Made by a program: the position numbers and the translations under genes | Notes under the pieces: model-generated | Told to the model about the DNA's origin: nothing | What the model saw: the letters and a program-made list of their open reading frames with translations, nothing else | Databases searched by the model: none | Shown: positions 37,219 to 46,901 of the stretch, piece after piece | Numbering within the stretch: the first letter of the stretch is position 1 | Layout of the letters: every line of letters starts with the position of its first letter | Assembly (NCBI RefSeq): GCF_038025025.1 | Contig: NW_027117348.1 | Coordinates: 248,001-312,000, forward strand | Reading direction: 5' to 3' | Origin: Phyllosticta citribraziliensis | Taxonomy: Eukaryota | Length of the DNA stretch: 64,000 bases

Positions 37219-38263
37219 TGTTCTGCTGGGGATGGCTCTCCTCGCCTTTATACACCACAGGACCAACCTGGAGCTGCGAGCCCTGGCGCTCGAGTGGAAA
37301 GCAATGTGACAAGTTGACGACAAGACAGCGGTGAATGTGATTTGTGACGCGTCGAAGTTTTTGGCGCGCAACCGAGCGGGCGGGTGCGTGGATCAGTCTG
37401 TCCGCGTCGAGTCAGTCGGCCGGGGTGTTCGAAAGTGGATCCAGCGCGTCCACGTCGAGAGCAGAGCCAGAGGCGGGTCGCAGCGTCGTCCGGGCGCCCC
37501 CATCACATTGCCCGATGCGGAAAAGTGTTGTCTCCCGGCGCGTTTGCGGCGCGTCTGCCGGCAGAGGCCATCGACCTGTCAGTTACGCATTTCGAGCATG
37601 GTCAGCGGCATCACGTGTCAATGGGCAATGGAAAGTGGTGGAATTGAATTCGTTCTCCAGATGCACTGCTATCGGTTTGCTGTCGTTTGCCTCACCGCCA
37701 GATTGATATCCCAGCCGGCGGAAATTGGCGTGGTGGAGAATGACCGGGGCAACCGCAGCGGCTGCCAGCATGGCGGCGTCGTCCAGCGGCTGCGGAAGCG
37801 CAATCCATGTTTCCACGACCAGAACACACTGCATTCGATTGATCTCCGCCTTGTTGAAGCCATTGATTGATGTTGGAGTTGAATTGCTTTTTTCGGATCA
37901 CGTCAGGACCTGGGTTTGAGATAGCAGTCTGCGGCTACGGAAGTCCAACCCTTGCTCCGCGGTGGCAACTCACGAAGACTGCATTTGCTTGAGGTGGTCC
38001 ACGTCGTTGAAGCAGTTGATTGGTGATGAAGTGCCTTTTCCGGAAGGCTTCCGCGTCGAGTGTCACAACGAAAGTCTCCGAGTCCCAAAAAGCACACACG
38101 ACAGACACCTTGCCGTTCCCCCATCTCCTGCCCTGCCGCAATCATCCAATTCCAAGCCTGCCATTCCTTGTCTCCCATATCGTTCTTTGTGATTGATTTA
38201 TCCTCCGTGCAGACGATCTGCGTAGGGCGCTCTCGATGAGCGTGGTCAGTCGCTTCGCTGTCT

Positions 38264-39808
38264 CTATCCGCGACGCTTTTCACGGCGCTCCGAGCGGATC
38301 TTCTTGCGCTTGCGAGGCTGCTCGTCGACGTCCGAAGAGTCGGCCTCAGCCTCGTCACTGTCGACTTCGACGTGTCTCCTCTTGCGCTTGCGCGACTTGT
38401 GCTTGATGGCCGGAGGGGAGGCGAGCTGCTCGTCCTCGTCTTCGACCTGGCGGCTCTTCTTCTTGCTCTTGCGACGCTTCTCCTTGACGACTGGAGTGGG
38501 AACGTACTCTTGCTCTTCCTCGTCGTCGTCGTCGTCGTCTTCCTTGGCTTTGCGACTCTTGTCTCCCTTGCGCGACTTCTTCTTGACGACCGTCGGAGAA
38601 ACCGCCTCTTCCTCGTCAACCTCAGCTTTGCGACTCTTCTTGCGCCGAGGCTTGTCCTTGAAGGTGGGAAGCGGGTCTTCCACCTCGTCATCATCGTCTT
38701 CGAAGTGAACCCTCTTTTTGAGCTTGCGAGGCTTGGCCTCGACGGCCGGGGGCAGAGCTACCTCCTCTTCCACCTCTTGCTTGATCTTGTGACTCTTCTT
38801 GCGCTTCCGAGTCTTTTCCTCGACGGCTGGAGGTGGAGACTCCGGCTCCTCTTCCTCATCCTCTTCCTGTGCATGGCGGCTCTTCTTGTTCCTGCGAGAC
38901 TTGTCTTTGAAGAATGGAGGCATCTGATTCGAGTAGAAGCCCATGAAACGTACTCCCTCCACGGCTCGAGGGGAAGACTTCTGCTCCTCCTCTACATCCT
39001 CTTCCTGTGCACGGCGGCTCTTCTTCTTCTTTCTCGACTTTTCCTTGACCGCCGGAACGGTGGCTTCCTGCTCTTGCTCTTCGTGTCCCTCGGCCACCAG
39101 GCTCTTCTGACGCGTGCCTTTGTTGTCGACAGATTGAGTCGCAGCCTCCTGCTCCGGAGCCATGTCATTGAGCTTGATTTCCCACCAGTATCGAGAGAGC
39201 CGAGGGTTCAGCACCAATGCCTCCCATTTTTGACCAAATTCGACCTGACGCAAGCATTCCAGCAATTCCTGCTCTGTCTTGATGCTCTCAAGACCGTTTG
39301 CGTAAAGCCGGAGCGACTCAAGCTCGGCGGGCAAGAGGCGAACAAGCCACGAGTCAATGCGACGCCTTTCCGACAGCTCTTCTGGTTCGTCAATGTCGAA
39401 GTAGCCTAGAAGCTTCTCGCGTTTATCGACTTCGGCTTCGAACAGGGCCCAGTTTTTGGCCTTGTTGAAATGGAAGCGGGACGACATCATTTGTCTCGTC
39501 TCGTTGACCCTGTCTTGGCATTCGATGCTGCAACACCTTTCGAACAGGTGATAGACGGTTTCGAATTTGAGGGTTTCCTTGGAATCAACACGAAGCTTGT
39601 GAAAAAGGTTGGCCGTCAGGCGCGAAAGCCACAACTCGATTGTCGCCTGATGATCTGCAGTGTCGGGCTGAAAGCCAAGCTTTTTCTCGAGGGTGCGAAC
39701 GCGCCAGTAGAAGTCCTTGAACTTTTCGTCCTTGTGCATGCAAATGTTCAAGTACTCCGGCGGCAGCTGGACGTTGGGCGGTGCGCTGGCGCGCTGAACG
39801 AGCGCCAT
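38264..39808 (-). CDS. Tandem Gag-capsid-CTD-like repeat protein, paralog B, with K/R-E/D block-repeat tail
   Basis: EYLNICMHKDEKFKDFYWRVRTLEKKLGF...IELWLSRL and FEAEVDKREKLLGY...IDSWLVRLLPAEL, followed by about 8-9 charged repeats. Confidence 0.75.
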   Translation of the reverse strand: MALVQRASAPPNVQLPPEYLNICMHKDEKFKDFYWRVRTLEKKLGFQPDTADHQATIELWLSRLTANLFHKLRVDSKETLKFETVYHLFERCCSIECQDRVNETRQMMSSRFHFNKAKNWALFEAEVDKREKLLGYFDIDEPEELSERRRIDSWLVRLLPAELESLRLYANGLESIKTEQELLECLRQVEFGQKWEALVLNPRLSRYWWEIKLNDMAPEQEAATQSVDNKGTRQKSLVAEGHEEQEQEATVPAVKEKSRKKKKSRRAQEEDVEEEQKSSPRAVEGVRFMGFYSNQMPPFFKDKSRRNKKSRHAQEEDEEEEPESPPPAVEEKTRKRKKSHKIKQEVEEEVALPPAVEAKPRKLKKRVHFEDDDDEVEDPLPTFKDKPRRKKSRKAEVDEEEAVSPTVVKKKSRKGDKSRKAKEDDDDDDEEEQEYVPTPVVKEKRRKSKKKSRQVEDEDEQLASPPAIKHKSRKRKRRHVEVDSDEAEADSSDVDEQPRKRKKIRSERREKRRG

Positions 39809-40123
39809 GGCGAGAGCGTGGCTCAAACTTGAGCGGAAACTATTGCCGGATGTCAGAAGAGGAGAATCAACGTCAAAAACCTCACCAACTTACCAAAACG
39901 CGTCGTTCGTAGAGCCGGCGCTCAAGGTGGAGGTGGTGGTGTTGAGAAATCGAGGTTGCGACGTGGCGACGCCAAAGTAAACAACACCGGCGGACGTGAC
40001 TGGTTTCGCCGAGAGAGGCAACGCAAATGTGCACCTGAAGCGACACCCTATGGCCTATTTGGGCTTGGCTCTTTCTGCGACGCGCCTGCACGTCTCCCTC
40101 CTCTCGGGCTTCAGGCAAAGGAG

Positions 40124-41173
40124 CTAGAAGGACGGGAACGGATACTTGGGCGCGTGTCCCAAGATGTTGTTGGCTTCAGCAAAATGATTGTGTAAGCCGG
40201 CAGCGACCTGTTCCAACGTCCTCCGCTGTTTCTTGCGTTGTCTCCACTCGCGATTCTTCTGTCTGTCCCTTTCTCGGCGGTACGGAGTCTTTTGCCTGCG
40301 CGGTCTGTTCTGGATAGGTGGAAGGGCAGTGTACAAGGGCCGCGGCTCGTGGGCTGTCTCGTGGCTGTCTTCTGCGGTGAGTTCGGGTTTCGTGTCCTCC
40401 ATTGCTTCGCCATCTTGCGCCTGCTCTTGGTTTTCTGCATGATCTTCCTCCATCAATAGCTCGTAGCCGTGAGCCTGCCTGTCGCCGTCTTCTTTCTTCA
40501 GCTCGCCACGTTCCAGCGCGCCAGCATCCACTTCACCATTGTCTTCCCGCGGACCTGGTTGGTCACCTATCTCGTCGCCCTGTGTTTCCTTCTTTTGCGC
40601 CTCAATCTCGTCGAGCTCACGCAGAGCAGCGAGAAACTCCTTCTCCGTCGAGATGTTCTTGAGACTGTTTGTATGGCGCCTAAGCCGCTCGCGATGCTCG
40701 CTCCCAATGCGCACGATCCACTGGTCGACAATTCTGTTTTCGGGGATCCAGTTTGGCTCGGGCATGACGTACTGCAGCGTCTCCTCGAAAAAGCTGATCC
40801 TGGCCTGGAAATCACCAAAGGTTTCGCCCGGCCTGACACGCAGGGCGCCGTACCTCTTTGCTCTCCTCACTCTATCATCGAACTCAATCTTCCGCGCCGT
40901 ATCAAACACGTCGCCAACAGTCTCAAACTCGAGCTGCTGGCCCGTCTCTTTCTTGAGTCTCTCGATCATGCGCGGCTGCAGACGGGCGAGCCATAGGTCG
41001 ACGAAGGGCTGCTTCTTGGGGCTTTGGGGCTCCAGGTCGTAGTCCAAGCTCTTTTCGACCTTGTAGACTCTTCGGCGGAAGTGGTCGATTCTTTCGTCCT
41101 CCTCCATCCGCATGCTCCAGTATTCTTTGGAAAGATCAAGCCGAGAGCCAGGCTGGGGCTGCTCGGCGGCCAT
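40124..41173 (-). CDS. Tandem Gag-capsid-CTD-like repeat protein, paralog C (intact)
   Basis: EYWSMRMEEDERIDHFRRRVYKVEKSLDY...VDLWLARLQPRM and YGALRVRPGETFGDFQARISFFEETLQY...VDQWIVRIGSE. Arg-rich C-terminus. Confidence 0.75.
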   Translation of the reverse strand: MAAEQPQPGSRLDLSKEYWSMRMEEDERIDHFRRRVYKVEKSLDYDLEPQSPKKQPFVDLWLARLQPRMIERLKKETGQQLEFETVGDVFDTARKIEFDDRVRRAKRYGALRVRPGETFGDFQARISFFEETLQYVMPEPNWIPENRIVDQWIVRIGSEHRERLRRHTNSLKNISTEKEFLAALRELDEIEAQKKETQGDEIGDQPGPREDNGEVDAGALERGELKKEDGDRQAHGYELLMEEDHAENQEQAQDGEAMEDTKPELTAEDSHETAHEPRPLYTALPPIQNRPRRQKTPYRRERDRQKNREWRQRKKQRRTLEQVAAGLHNHFAEANNILGHAPKYPFPSF

Positions 41174-41785
41174 GGCAGGCGTTGTCCCAGATCGACGTGG
41201 TAGATGGCGGGCGGTGTATGGAATCGGAGTGGAAGCTGTGGCGAATATGAGCTCTCCCCAATTGGCAGTTTGTATATGAAGGGCACACCGAGAGCAGTGC
41301 AGGACGAGACTGGCAATCCTTCGAGTGGTGAGGTGGTGGTGCGGGAAGACGCGTCGCGGGTCGTCAAAGTAAACGGTCCACGCGATCTGCACTAGACCCA
41401 AAGAGGCAATGTAAACGAGGCGCGTCACGGTCGCGTCTCCGTGGGACTTGACTTTGACCTACAAATCGAGTATCGAGTTCTACGTGCAAAGATGAGGTAT
41501 GAGACTCAACGGCTGACGGATTCTATAGCAGAGACAGAGACATGTGGTCCCAAAGACATGGCCGGATCTACATTACACCTCCTTTCGATGCACAAACTCC
41601 TGCATCCGTTGCATCGCCGTTTTCTCGTTGCGGCCTTTAGGTCTCCTCTCCACGGGTACCGCAGTCTCCTCTTGATCACGTCTTGATTAACAACCTTTCC
41701 CCTTGCGCCGCTTGGGCTCACCGTCGTCACTAGAGGTCGCCTTGCGTCTGCGCTTCCTCTTGCGTTTGCGAGATTTTCCCCGACT

Positions 41786-42500
41786 TTATTCTGCGAGCCG
41801 CATTAGATACTCGATCAGGCTCTTCTTTCTGCAGACAGCATCCTTACCTGGTGGTGTTCGTCCAAATTGAGACTTCAGGGCGTCTGGAAGCCGCGAAACC
41901 AGGCTTTCGCCTTCTGCTTGGTGCCCCGGTTGTCCGCACTCACGGCATTCATCATTCACTGAAGCATCTAAGCCCTTCAATTGGTCGATGTAGTCTAAAA
42001 GCCGTTCATCCGTCTCCATAATGCGTGCACAGTACTCCCGGAGCAGCCCAACTCCCATTCGCGCAAGTGTAACTGCCGTTCGTTTGCCTTCACATTCTTG
42101 CGTCGATTGCGGCGTTTTCCTCCGCGGCCACCGCACTCACGAATGGGAAGATTGGCGTTGTCGTTGGCGTTCGAGTTGTTCCCATTGGCATTCGAGCTGC
42201 CTCCAGCAGGTGGCGGCGGTCTCGTAAGTTCCACTCGCCTCAATCCCATGAAAGCCGTTGGCACCGTCATCGGCTTTGCTGTAGATGGCGGCGATCTCAC
42301 AGGCTCCACTCGACCCAATACCATGAACGCCGTTGGCACCATTGCCGGCCTTGCGGTAGATTTATTTTTTGTCGCTCCAGGGCCCTTCGCGGCAGTCCTG
42401 AAGGCGGAATCGTCTTTGGCCATCCTGCGCTTCATTTCTTGAACCAGCTCCTCTCGCTGCACGAGGCACAAAGAGACACGCAGATGGGGCCTTCGCAATC
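41786..42500 (-). pseudogene. Degenerate fragment D carrying one diverged copy of the same domain
   Basis: EYCARIMETDERLLDYIDQLKGLD...LVSRLPDALKSQF...SLIEYLMRLAE in frameshifted overlapping ORFs. Confidence 0.45.
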
Positions 42501-42964
42501 GCCGCCGTAATTATCGTGCGGGACGTGGCCGGCGCGTAATTGCACCTTGGGTATCTTCAGGCCCCTTTTCGCTTCCAGTTTGGCTTCCGACTCGACGTCG
42601 ATCTCTTCCATATGCAGCTGGAGACGACGAAAGATTTCATTTCCCGAGCATCTCTTGCGACTTCTGCCTTCTATATCTGGGCCGACATCTTTGCTTTTTT
42701 GTCCGTTTTGGCGATACGCTTCCGTGCTTCTGCTGAGTGTCCTTTTCATGTGGCACATGTAAAATTTCCTCCCATCAATTCGGCCACTTCCGCACCTATC
42801 GCTGCTGCCCTTTTCGCTGTCGTTACTTGCGCCGCTGTTTGCGTCGTGCATTGCGCAATATTCTGGACTCCCGGTCGATGCTTGTACGGCCCGTGCACAA
42901 GAATCCGAGCACCATGATAAGACCCATTCTTGTGCTAGTGCTGGTGGCTTTCCATCTCAAACTA

Positions 42965-43852
42965 CTACTCTCTGATATGCTGCCGTCGCCTGCGTCGATT
43001 GCGGCGAGCAGCATTGCGGCTCCGTGTAGAATCGCGAACGTTCGAATCATCACCAGGGGCTGGGAGTGTCGGTCCAACGGCATGCGATGCCCGTCGCGCT
43101 CGAAGTTTCTCCTGGAGGTACTCCTTGCGAGCACATTCGTCTTGCTCCGCTTTCCACTTCTCGATGAACTGGCGGGGCCTCTCGTCCTCTTTTTCAATCT
43201 CTTGCCGCGACCTACCATACGCATGATCCATCGCGCGTTCTCAGTCCGCTTCGGTGTCTGCGTCGTGTCTGCCCTCACAGTCCCGCTCGGTCACGCGGCG
43301 GAATTGCTCGAGGACGTCTTGCCAGGTGTTGACGAAGCTAAAGTTGAAGGTCCTCTCGCGGAGCATTTTGAGTTCGCGTGGTGGAATGCGTGCAAGCAGC
43401 AAGTCGGTCGAGACTTGCCCAGATGTGTTTTGGAAGAAGCAGCTTTGCTCTTTGGGGATCTCTTCGAGGTGCTGCGCGAACAGGAATGACATTCCTGGCT
43501 GCACCTCTTGCTTGGTCTCCCAGAATTGTGTGGCCCTCTCGACCCGAGAGTCGGCCGCTTCCATTCGAGTGAGGACTGCAAATCAGTCGTCCAGGGTCTT
43601 GAGATTGAACAAGTCGTTCATTCTGATTCGTAACTTGTCGAGGAGTTTGGGCGGCAGACGTCCGATCCACATGTCAATCTTTTGTTGCTCAGGGACGAGG
43701 CTGAAGTCGTATCCTAGCCGCCGCTCGTAACGCTGTACCCGTCTCTTGAACAGCTCGAAGGGTTCATCGTCTCCCATGCGCATCGTCCAGAATTCGTTGG
43801 CCAGCAAGTAATGGTACGAGCTTTTGTGTGGGAGGAATCGTGTGTCAGTCAT
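42965..43852 (-). pseudogene. Gag-capsid-CTD-like paralog E with in-frame stops
   Basis: EFWTMRMGDDEPFELFKRRVQRYERRLGY...KIDMWIGRLPP. One continuous frame interrupted by TGA at 43585-43583 and 43243-43241. Confidence 0.8.
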
Positions 43853-44088
43853 GGCGTCGAAGAGTTGGTCGTGTCCCGGATTCTGCGTGGATATGCGACC
43901 GAGCCGTACGAGATTCAAAGCGGAGGAAAAGACGGAAGGTGTTGAGAGATGAGACGTTGTCGAAACCTTGCGTGGATGCTTAGTCACAAACCCTTAACAC
44001 CTCCGTATCTTGCTTCCCTTGCGTAGATTTCCCGTGCCTTTCGAAGCTCGCTGGTCTGTCTCCATCGAATCGTGAATTTCGGCTGCTC

Positions 44089-44976
44089 CTACTGCTGCTT
44101 ATTTCGCTTCTTTCCTCGTCGTCGGCCACCTGCATTGCTCCGCGCCGAGCCACCGTTTGTCTTTGAGTTATTGTCCAAGGATAGTTTTTCAAGACGGATT
44201 TCTTCCTGCACCTCTCTCTGCGACCTCTGAAATTGCTCTCTTCTATCCACACGTTCTTCTGCTTCCACGCTCTTGACGAACCTATGACCATATTCTTCGT
44301 CCATTTCCATCCGTCTGCGCGTTTTCTCGCGAATTCTTGATATTGCAACGAGCCAGTCACGCCAAACTTCCTCCGGTTCGGTGCGAGCTCCCATGCAGTC
44401 GTCAACGATTTCGCTGAACACGAATAAGACATCTTGCCAAGTGTTCACATTGTAGAGATTGGAAGTTCTCTCGCGGAACATTTGCAGCGCGTCGGGGGGA
44501 AAGCGGGAAAGCAGGACATCAATCGCCTCCTGGCGATTTTCGGGTGCGTTCCGGAAGAAAAAGCCGTTGGTTTTCTGAAAGGTTTCGAGCGCATAGATGA
44601 AGTCGTTCATCTCCGGATAATCCATCTGGAACTCCGGCAAGGGCTCCCAGAAGTTAATAGCCTTTCGACCCTGGCATCGGCAGCCTCAATTCGGCCAATG
44701 ACTTCAAAGAGATCCTGCAGGGTCGACAGCTCAGTCAGGTCCCGCGCCCGGATCCGCACTTTGTCTATGAGCGAGGGCGGAAGACGGCCAATCCACATGT
44801 CGGTCTTGCGCTGCTCGGTGATGTGGTCGAAAGTGTAGTAGCAGTAGGCTTGATAACGCGAAGACTCGCTGTTTGAAGAACTCGAAGCTCTCGCCTTCAT
44901 TCATGCGCAGCTTCCAGAATTCCCGGGCGACCAAGTACATAGTGGGCCTGGATCCTGGTGCGGTTGGTTAGGACAT
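44089..44976 (-). pseudogene. Gag-capsid-CTD-like paralog F with frameshifts
   Basis: MS*PTAPGSRPTMYLVAREFWKLRMNEGESFEFFKQRV, +1 shift near 44860, DMWIGRLPPSL...IEAADARVER, -1 shift near 44662, AINFWE...LLSRFPPDAL...VNTWQDVL. Confidence 0.8.
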
Positions 44977-45193
44977 GGGTACTCTGGGTCCATCTTCTCT
45001 GTGGTGGAAGCCATGAACAAAGAATAGAGAGATATCGAGACGAAAGATTTTGAGTTGTCCAGTCAAGAATTGAAGCCGCCGACACACATAGATTTCGTGT
45101 ATGCGCTTAGTCATCAGCGCCGCGTCAAACCTCCGCTTCTCCGCAAAAAGTTCCAACGACGACGACACCACGACACGACACTCCAGCCCCCCA

Positions 45194-46405
45194 ATGCTCC
45201 GCCGATACATACCCCGGGCCCTGGCGGCACCGTCCCGCAGCTTCAGCACCTCCGCCGTCCTCTCCCGCCGCCAACGCCACCCCGCCGCCGCCGCCGGCCG
45301 AAAAGACACAAAAGCAAGAGATGGAAAGGAAGGAAAAGCAAAAGAGTCGGCCGCCAACCCCGACGCGCAGCGGGAAGACGTGCCTGGCCCAGACGAGAAG
45401 CCCATGCGGATGGAGGACCTGTACAAGATGCTGGACAAGCTGGAGGGGAACCACGCAGCCGAGGCGTCGGACCCGGTATCGCGAGGAGACAAACCGAAGA
45501 CGAAGCCCAAACCCAGCGACGCAACAATCGGCGACGGCACGCTGACGCCGCGCGAGTCCACGGCGCCCAACGTGCTGGACCCCAAGGACCCGCTCGGCCT
45601 CAAGGGCGCGCGCCCCGGCCCGGCCCTGTTCACCAGCAACATGGACCCCATCTTCGACTTCTACGAGCAGGACTTCGACGACGAGACGGGCGCGACGCGG
45701 CGGCGGGTGTCGCACGCGCAGATCGCGGCCGACCGGCGCACCGGCGACGACCTGGCGGCCAAGGTGGCGCGGCTGGAGCGCGACCTGCGCGACGCCAAGC
45801 GCGACGACCCGCTGCTGCGCATCCAGGAGACGCTCAAGGCGATTGCGCGCGACGAGCTGCTGACGGAGCCGATCCGGCTGCTGGGCGACGCCGACCCGGC
45901 CGAGGTCAACGCCGCCATGGACGAGCTGCGCGTCGCGGTGCCCGACGTCGTGCGCGACATGGCCGTCAGCGGCGACGAGGAGCAGGGCCGCGTCGCCATC
46001 AACGCCGCCCAGCGCCTGCTGCACCTCAACAACGCGCTGCGCCACGCGTTCCTGGCGACGGACGAGAAGCAGCGGCCCCTCCTGCGCGCCGTCCTGTGGA
46101 AGGCCTACAAGAGCGCAAAGCTGCGCGTCCCCGACTTTCTGCAGGAGATCCCGCCCGCTGCCTGGGACATGCTGTTTTACAGCCAGGCCGTGCGCTGGAA
46201 CCGCCGCCGCGACGCCTGCATGGCCGAGCTGCTGGCCGACATGCGGCGCGTGGGGATGGACGGACCGCCCACCCCGCCCCCTGATGGCAAGGCCCTGCCG
46301 GACTTTGGCGACGCGGAGGTTGAGTTTCTTGGGGGGCGCAGGAGGAGGCCGGGGAGGAGGGGGGCGCAGGGGGCGGGCAGACAAAGGCAGGGGGCAAGGG
46401 GGTAG
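45194..46405 (+). CDS. Hypothetical protein, probably mitochondrial
   Basis: Long GC3-rich ORF. Presequence-like MLRRYIPRALAAPSRSFSTSAVLSR; helical C-terminal block LWKAYKSAK...AWDMLFYSQ...LLADM. Confidence 0.75.
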   Translation: MLRRYIPRALAAPSRSFSTSAVLSRRQRHPAAAAGRKDTKARDGKEGKAKESAANPDAQREDVPGPDEKPMRMEDLYKMLDKLEGNHAAEASDPVSRGDKPKTKPKPSDATIGDGTLTPRESTAPNVLDPKDPLGLKGARPGPALFTSNMDPIFDFYEQDFDDETGATRRRVSHAQIAADRRTGDDLAAKVARLERDLRDAKRDDPLLRIQETLKAIARDELLTEPIRLLGDADPAEVNAAMDELRVAVPDVVRDMAVSGDEEQGRVAINAAQRLLHLNNALRHAFLATDEKQRPLLRAVLWKAYKSAKLRVPDFLQEIPPAAWDMLFYSQAVRWNRRRDACMAELLADMRRVGMDGPPTPPPDGKALPDFGDAEVEFLGGRRRRPGRRGAQGAGRQRQGARG

Positions 46406-46901
46406 CGGACCGGCGGTCAAACGAAAGAGACGAGTGAATCAAGCCACGACACTGAACATACCCAGGAGAGACGGGGGAGGCGATTCGACGGCCACATCCA
46501 GCGCCACATCACCGCCGGGCGTATGAGCACGGGTATGAATGTACCGCCGCACGGCAGACAGACAAGCAGGCAAGCAGACACAGCACAGTAAGTCATCCTC
46601 GAAGTCACACTCGAAGCTTCTGCGCATTCAACAGACAATGACAGATGACAGAGAACAGGCCGGGTGAGATGAGGATAAAGTATGGCAAGGAAGCTGGATG
46701 CTACAGCGAAATACCACGCCAAAAAGAACAAAGAATAAACGAAGAGAGATAAAAATACCAAACCCAACCCAACTCATCCATTTTCCCCACTCGCGCATGC
46801 AGTTCGCCGTGAGTGGGTGCTTTCCACACGTATGATACCAAGAACCATAACCATCTATCCCTCCCCACCCCGTCCCTCCATACATCCCCCAACCATCTCA
46901 C

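Noticed and set aside
37900..38210. Trp-containing fragment (KEWQAWNWMIA) between paralogs A and B
   Set aside because: Too short and frameshifted to assign; does not match the array domain.
45055..46420. Overlapping 409-aa and 431-aa ORFs
   Set aside because: Alternative-frame and antisense shadows of the 45194-46405 gene.
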